From positions 1 to 64,000 of the forward strand of contig JBBTCT010000008.1 in NCBI GenBank assembly GCA_038060895.1: a stretch of 64,000 nucleotides of DNA. Direction: 5' to 3'. A program made the translations under genes and the position numbers. This stretch comes from Planctomycetota bacterium (GTDB taxonomy: Bacteria > Planctomycetota > MHYJ01 > WSZJ01). A model generated the notes under the pieces. It made no database searches and had not been told where the DNA came from. It was given only the letters and a program-made list of their open reading frames with translations. Of the stretch, positions 59,529 through 64,000 are shown one piece after another; position 1 is the first letter of the stretch; every line of letters begins with the position of its first letter.

Positions 59529-60378
59529 CGTCCTTTCAGTAACGTTTCTCCTTCTGCTGATAACCGGCTCCGCCTCCGCCCAGCTTGTCACGGAAAACGC
59601 CGGCACCGTTTCTCCCGAGACGCCGCTCGCCCGGCTCGTCATCAATGCGGCGCAGTGGCGGCACGTGGACGAGTTCTCGGCGGTCGGAGAGTTTCACTAC
59701 GGATTCCACCCCCGCTTCGAGGGCTCCGTGTCCGTTCCGTTCATCTACCGGTACTTCGAGATCGGCAATAACGATGACGAAGAGATCGCAGGCTTCGGAG
59801 ACGTCGCACTGAAGGGCAAGGTCGTGGTGCACAAGGAGGACGGCGTCATGACCTCCATGCGGACCGCGGTGCTGGCGGGGATCGAATTCCCGACGGGGAA
59901 GTGGGATGACCGGATCGGCGACGCAACGGAACCTTACGCGCGTAAGTTGCAACTCGGAAGCGGCACGTTCGATTTTACGCTCGGCCTGGCGTTCACCTAC
60001 ATCAACGACCGGCATCGCATCGCCATCGACGCGCTCGGCCGGGCGAGCACCTCACGGGACAACGTGAGCCCGGGTCCCGTGCTCCGGGTCGACCTGGCGT
60101 ACTGGTTCCGGCTGTTCCCGGCAGTTTTCGAGCCGGGAGAATCGGGGATGGAGCTCCGGCTCGTCGTGGATGCCTGGTACCTCCACCGGTACCACACGCG
60201 CGGGGAAAAGCTGGACGACAGCGGCGACCAGGTCTGGCTGGCGCCCGGACTGCAGTTTTACGCGACGAACTGGCTGCTTCTTGAAGGGAACGCAGCGTAC
60301 GCGCTGATGGACACGACGGACGACGAGTATGGCCGCGCGCGCTGGAGCGCTTTCGTGGCGGTCAAGATCCTGTTCTGA
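59500..60378 (+). CDS. Outer-membrane beta-barrel protein (transporter/MetA-pathway-like)
   Basis: AGGAG RBS, signal peptide, GFGDV.L.GK, PTG...LQLGSGTFD, alternating beta-strands, terminal Phe. Confidence 0.8.
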   Translation: MQPSFRGARDVLSVTFLLLLITGSASAQLVTENAGTVSPETPLARLVINAAQWRHVDEFSAVGEFHYGFHPRFEGSVSVPFIYRYFEIGNNDDEEIAGFGDVALKGKVVVHKEDGVMTSMRTAVLAGIEFPTGKWDDRIGDATEPYARKLQLGSGTFDFTLGLAFTYINDRHRIAIDALGRASTSRDNVSPGPVLRVDLAYWFRLFPAVFEPGESGMELRLVVDAWYLHRYHTRGEKLDDSGDQVWLAPGLQFYATNWLLLEGNAAYALMDTTDDEYGRARWSAFVAVKILF

Positions 60379-60407
60379 GCCCTGCGGCCACTCTTTAGGA
60401 TGCACCC

Positions 60408-60872
60408 ATGCGATACCTGCCCTGGTTCATCCTCACCCTCGCTGGCTGCGCCGTGGCGCCGCCTGCCGGACCTGCGCCCACCGAGGGCATTCTCAGCGTC
60501 ATCGTAGACATCTCCGGAATGGAGTGAAGCCCCTGAGTCAAGAGCGTCACGGACGCTCTGGGACGCCTGGATGGCGTCGAAAACGTCTCTGTCGATCTGC
60601 AGAACGGCAAGGCGACCTTGCGTCCCCGGCTCTCTGCCCGGATCCAGGCCGGCGAAGTTTTCGAGGCACTCAGCCACGCGGGATATCGCGGTGACGCGGT
60701 GACATTCGAAGTCACGGGCGAGGTGAAGCGTTCCGCTTCCGCGGGCTTCATTCTTCCGGGCGACACCGAGCCGTGGTTGTCGCTGCCTGAGCCCGCACCG
60801 CCGGACGGGCCTGCGCGGCTCAAGGTGCGGATTCTGCCCGACGGAAAGGTCGAACTTCTCGACGGTTTGTAA
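60408..60872 (+). CDS. HMA (MerP/CopZ-like) lipoprotein with two in-frame TGA codons at the metal site; candidate UxxU selenoprotein, 154 aa
   Basis: AGGA RBS; MRYLPWFILTLAGC lipobox; VDISGME*SP*VKSVTDALGRLDGVENVSVDLQNGKATL with TGA at 60525 and 60534 at the CxxC positions; the frame continues to TAA 60872. Confidence 0.85.
60537..60578 (+). promoter_or_regulatory. Two candidate bacterial SECIS hairpins
   Basis: AGAGCGTC-ACG-GACGCTCT (60541-60559) and GACGCC-TGGAT-GGCGTC (60562-60578) directly 3' of the UGA codons. Confidence 0.55.
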
Positions 60873-60875
60873 AGG

Positions 60876-61232
60876 CTAGGCGGGGAATCGAGTCGAGTAG
60901 GCCGCGCGAGCCTCGGCCATGAAGGCCTGGAGCGTCAGCAGCTTCAGAATGCCGCCCCTGGCCCGCACGGCGCCCGACGCAGCCGCCTGCGCGACGGGCA
61001 GTCGCCCCGAGAGGATTTCGTGCGCCGCCGCGCAAGTCAGCGTGAGCTCAACCGCCGGCTCCGGATGCTCTTCCGCCGATACCGAAAACGGGTCGAGCGA
61101 CAGGTCCATCACGACGAATGAAACCGGCGCAAGCAGCCGGAACTGCAGCACGGCGCCGGACTTCTTCGCCGCCGCGCACGCTTCCGGGCTCGTCCGCATT
61201 CCCTCGAACAGCGCGATGAACTCCGCGCTCAC
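60876..61232 (-). CDS. SCP2 sterol/lipid-binding domain protein
   Basis: LSGRLPVAQAAASGAVRARGG..KLL SCP2 signature; overlaps the cysS stop. Confidence 0.8.
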   Translation of the reverse strand: MSAEFIALFEGMRTSPEACAAAKKSGAVLQFRLLAPVSFVVMDLSLDPFSVSAEEHPEPAVELTLTCAAAHEILSGRLPVAQAAASGAVRARGGILKLLTLQAFMAEARAAYSTRFPA

Positions 61233-62638
61233 TTGCGCGCCCGCCGGGGGCGCGTGCCGCGCGGCGAGTCTTCCACCAGGACGCCTTTCGACTCGAGCTC
61301 GCTGCGGAGGCGGTCGGACTCGTCCCAGTTCTTGGAAGCGCGCGCCGCGGCGCGGGCCTCGAGGAGTTTCTGTTCCGCGGCGCTGAAGACGTCCGGCGGC
61401 GCGCTGCCGATGTTGAACACCGTGTCGAGCTTGTCGAACGCGTCGCGCACGTACGCCGCTGCCTGAGGGTTCGGGTCGAGCCGGTTGATCTCGCGGGCGA
61501 GCATGAAGAGCGCGGCTGTCGCTTCGGAGACGTTGAGGTCGTCGTCCATGCCCTTCTCGAAATCCTTCCGCGCCTTCTCGACGATCGGCTTCACCATTTC
61601 CAGCGTCGCCGCGCCGTGCGCGTCGGAGAGGCGCCGGCGGAACTCGATCAGCTTGTCCACCGAGCCCTGCGCGACCTGCATGCTTTCCCAGCTGAAGTTC
61701 ATCTGCTGGCGGTAGTGCGAGGTCGCGAGCCCCCAGCGGAGCGCGGAGGCCGAGACCCCGTGCTTGAAGACGTCCTCGACGGTGTAGAAATTCCCCTTCG
61801 ACTTCGACATTTTTTCGCCGTCAACGAGCAGGAAGCGGGCGTGCATCCACATCTTGCAGAAGAGTTTGCCGTTGGCGGCCTCGCTCTGCGCGATTTCGCA
61901 TTCGTGGTGCGGGAAGATGTTGTCCTCGCCGCCGGTGTGGATGTCGAGCGTCTCGCCGAGGTATTTCATGGACATGGCGGAGCACTCGATGTGCCAGCCG
62001 GGGAACCCTTTCCCCCACGGCGAGTCCCACTGCATGACGTGCTTGGGGTCGTGCTTCCAGAGAGCGAAGTCGCGAGGGTCTTTCTTGTCGGGGTGGGGCT
62101 CGATGCGCGCGCCGGCTTCGAGGTCCTCGGTGACGTTGCCGCTGAGCTTCCCGTAGTTCGGGAACGTCGCGACCGAGAAGTACACGTTGTGCCCGACGAC
62201 GTACGCATTTCCCTTCTCGATGAGCTTCTCGATGATCGCGATCATCTCAGGGATGTGATCGGTCGCCTTGGGGTGCGCTAGCGCGTCCGCAAAGCCGAGC
62301 TGCTTGCGCAGGTCGAGGAAGATCCCCCCGTAGTGTGCTGCGATCTGCCAGGGGTCTTTCTTCTCTTTCAGCGCCTGCAGCTCCATCTTGTCCTCGCCCT
62401 CGTCCGCATCGTGCGTGATGTGCCCGACGTCGGTGATGTTCATCACCTGCCGGACGTCGAACCCGCGGTAGTCGAGGTAGCGGCGCAGCACGTCCGCGAA
62501 CACGAACGACCGGAAATTCCCGATGTGCGGGTACGAGTACACCGTCGGCCCGCAGTTGTACATGCGGACCACGCCCTTCTCTTGCGGCGCAAAGTCTTCC
62601 TTCTTCTTCGTCAGCGAGTTGTAGAACTGAATGGCCAA
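61229..62638 (-). CDS. cysS: Cysteine--tRNA ligase
   Basis: CGPTVY..HIGN, GFPGWHIECSAM, KMSKS; TTG start. Confidence 0.97.
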   Translation of the reverse strand: MAIQFYNSLTKKKEDFAPQEKGVVRMYNCGPTVYSYPHIGNFRSFVFADVLRRYLDYRGFDVRQVMNITDVGHITHDADEGEDKMELQALKEKKDPWQIAAHYGGIFLDLRKQLGFADALAHPKATDHIPEMIAIIEKLIEKGNAYVVGHNVYFSVATFPNYGKLSGNVTEDLEAGARIEPHPDKKDPRDFALWKHDPKHVMQWDSPWGKGFPGWHIECSAMSMKYLGETLDIHTGGEDNIFPHHECEIAQSEAANGKLFCKMWMHARFLLVDGEKMSKSKGNFYTVEDVFKHGVSASALRWGLATSHYRQQMNFSWESMQVAQGSVDKLIEFRRRLSDAHGAATLEMVKPIVEKARKDFEKGMDDDLNVSEATAALFMLAREINRLDPNPQAAAYVRDAFDKLDTVFNIGSAPPDVFSAAEQKLLEARAAARASKNWDESDRLRSELESKGVLVEDSPRGTRPRRARK

Positions 62639-62746
62639 GGGTTTCTCCGGGGGTTCATCGTTCTTCGCGAACGGGCGGTTCGGGCAAAACGTAACCGAAA
62701 GAGTGGTCGAATTGAAGGAAGGGCCGCTGGTCGGCGTGCGCGCGCC

Positions 62747-63247
62747 CTATTTCTTCCGCCTGGCTTTCGGCGCCGTGGTTTCTTCAAGGACCACCAGCAC
62801 CTGCGCCGCGATCGCCTCGCCCTGGCCAATCGCGCCCAGTCCTTCCATCGTCTTCGCCTTCACGCACGCACGGTCCTTCGTGATGCCGAGGAGGGAAGCG
62901 AGGGCGGCCGCGAGCTCCGGCTTGCGTTTCCCGAGTTTCGGCAACTCCAGAAACACGGTTGAATCAACCTGCGTGGGCTTGAGCCCTTTCGCCGCGACGA
63001 GCGCAAGCGCCTTCGCCACGAACACTTTCCCGGCCGTACCCTTCCATTTCGGGTCGTTGTCCGGAAAATGATCCCCGATGTCGCCGAGGGCCGCGGCACC
63101 CAGGAGGGCGTCCACGAGCGCGTGAAGCAGGACGTCGCCGTCGGAATGCCCCGACGGTCCGCGCGGGTGGTCGAACGTCAGGCCGCCGAGAACGAAAGGG
63201 CGACCGGGGACGAGGCGGTGGATGTCGAAGCCGAGGCCGTGGCGCAT
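62747..63247 (-). CDS. ispF: 2-C-methyl-D-erythritol 2,4-cyclodiphosphate synthase
   Basis: G.GFDIHRL, GHSDGDVLLHA..DALLGA, DIG.HFP, KAKT.EGLG. Confidence 0.96.
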   Translation of the reverse strand: MRHGLGFDIHRLVPGRPFVLGGLTFDHPRGPSGHSDGDVLLHALVDALLGAAALGDIGDHFPDNDPKWKGTAGKVFVAKALALVAAKGLKPTQVDSTVFLELPKLGKRKPELAAALASLLGITKDRACVKAKTMEGLGAIGQGEAIAAQVLVVLEETTAPKARRKK

Positions 63248-63281
63248 GGGCGCCCACGTTATCGGCGCTGGGCGCGAAGCG

Positions 63282-63956
63282 CTACTTGCCGTTAACGGTC
63301 ACGGTGCCTTCCGGCGCTTTCGCGGTGCCCGGCTTTCCCTTTTGTCTCGCGTTCCCGGCGATGGCGACCATCTTCTCAGCCACTTTGCCGGCGATCTCGA
63401 CCGAGGCGCCGTCCGGATTCCGGTCGTCGCCGTTGGCACCGATGAGGACGAGGAGCTTCCCGTCGATTGAAAAAGCAGCGATGACTCCGCGCGTCGGCCG
63501 GTGCTTGGAAATCTCCTCGATTGCGGCCTTGCGTTTTTCCGCGTCTTCCCAGGCTACGTTTAATTTTTCCACAGAATCCGCCACCGCCTCAACGTCGTTC
63601 TTGGGGATCAGGTCGTCGTCCCCGCCCCGCAGGAGCACGGTGGAGCCTTTCGGAGGAGTCGCCACAGCCACCGTGTAGCCATCCCGGGCGCCCTTGCCGC
63701 CAACCACGAAAATCAGTTTGCCGTCCGAGCTGGCGATCGCAAGGGCGCCGCCAGCGGGAGCGCTCGCGGCGCTGAATTCGTCGGAAATCGCTTTCAATTC
63801 GTCGGACATCTTGTCAGTGCCGCCGCCGTCCAGATGCAACTTCGCGACCCTCGCGGAGGCCTTGTCGGCCGCCTCCTGCCGCAGGTCGGGTTTGTCCTCG
63901 GCGCGGGGAGACAGCGAGAGAACGAGGGAGAGCGGCAAGATCGCAAAGTGACGCAT
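63282..63956 (-). CDS. Secreted hypothetical protein with an internal duplication
   Basis: Signal-like N-terminus; SDGKLIFVVGGKG and IDGKLLVLIGANG repeats. Confidence 0.65.
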   Translation of the reverse strand: MRHFAILPLSLVLSLSPRAEDKPDLRQEAADKASARVAKLHLDGGGTDKMSDELKAISDEFSAASAPAGGALAIASSDGKLIFVVGGKGARDGYTVAVATPPKGSTVLLRGGDDDLIPKNDVEAVADSVEKLNVAWEDAEKRKAAIEEISKHRPTRGVIAAFSIDGKLLVLIGANGDDRNPDGASVEIAGKVAEKMVAIAGNARQKGKPGTAKAPEGTVTVNGK

Positions 63957-64000
63957 GGAATCATCCGGAATGGAGTGGCCTGAGATTAGTGGAACGCCGC

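Noticed and set aside
60525-60536. Alternative genetic code (UGA = Trp or Gly)
   Set aside because: Many well-defined genes here end in TGA (GNAT, malQ, cutA, pstA, cysS), and the TGAs align with Cys ligand positions.
60618-60872. 84-aa ORF from the track as an independent gene
   Set aside because: It is the in-frame tail of the 60408-60872 readthrough gene and starts in the middle of the HMA domain.
61229-62638. cysS next to the TGA-containing HMA gene as a UGA-to-Cys recoding system
   Set aside because: This CysRS looks canonical (anticodon-domain R...R..K.W...D..R...ED intact), ispF-cysS is a common housekeeping synteny, and no tRNA or selB-like gene is in the window.
62639-62746. T-box leader upstream of cysS
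   Set aside because: The gap is only about 108 bp, with no TGGNACC T-box consensus or terminator on the minus strand.

Overview
High-GC bacterial chromosomal window. The many secreted hypothetical proteins, DUF6288-like, DUF3857 and PQQ-propeller proteins suggest a Planctomycetota/PVC-type diderm (inference). It is mostly housekeeping and secretome genes: ferritin, secreted hydrolases and peptidases, malQ, an ACP-FabZ-rhomboid-acyltransferase operon, a DUF3857/transglutaminase pair, two isoaspartyl peptidases, a sigma-54 regulator, a pstSCAB-phoU-porin phosphate locus, cysS and ispF. The most striking feature is missed by the ORF track: 60408-60872 encodes a lipoprotein with a heavy-metal-associated (MerP/CopZ-like) domain whose GMxCxxC metal site reads GME-TGA-SP-TGA. 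This is a candidate UxxU double-selenocysteine protein, followed by two SECIS-like hairpins and lying directly downstream of an outer-membrane beta-barrel gene. Other unannotated signals are a structured C-rich sRNA candidate (about 48760-48930), a complete sigma-54 promoter architecture (46080-46193), Pho-box-like repeats, a hidden ribbon-helix-helix gene (16293-16463), toxin-antitoxin remnants and several short tandem/inverted intergenic repeats. No rRNA, tRNA, CRISPR array or transposase was seen. All family calls come from motif recognition by eye, not database searches.
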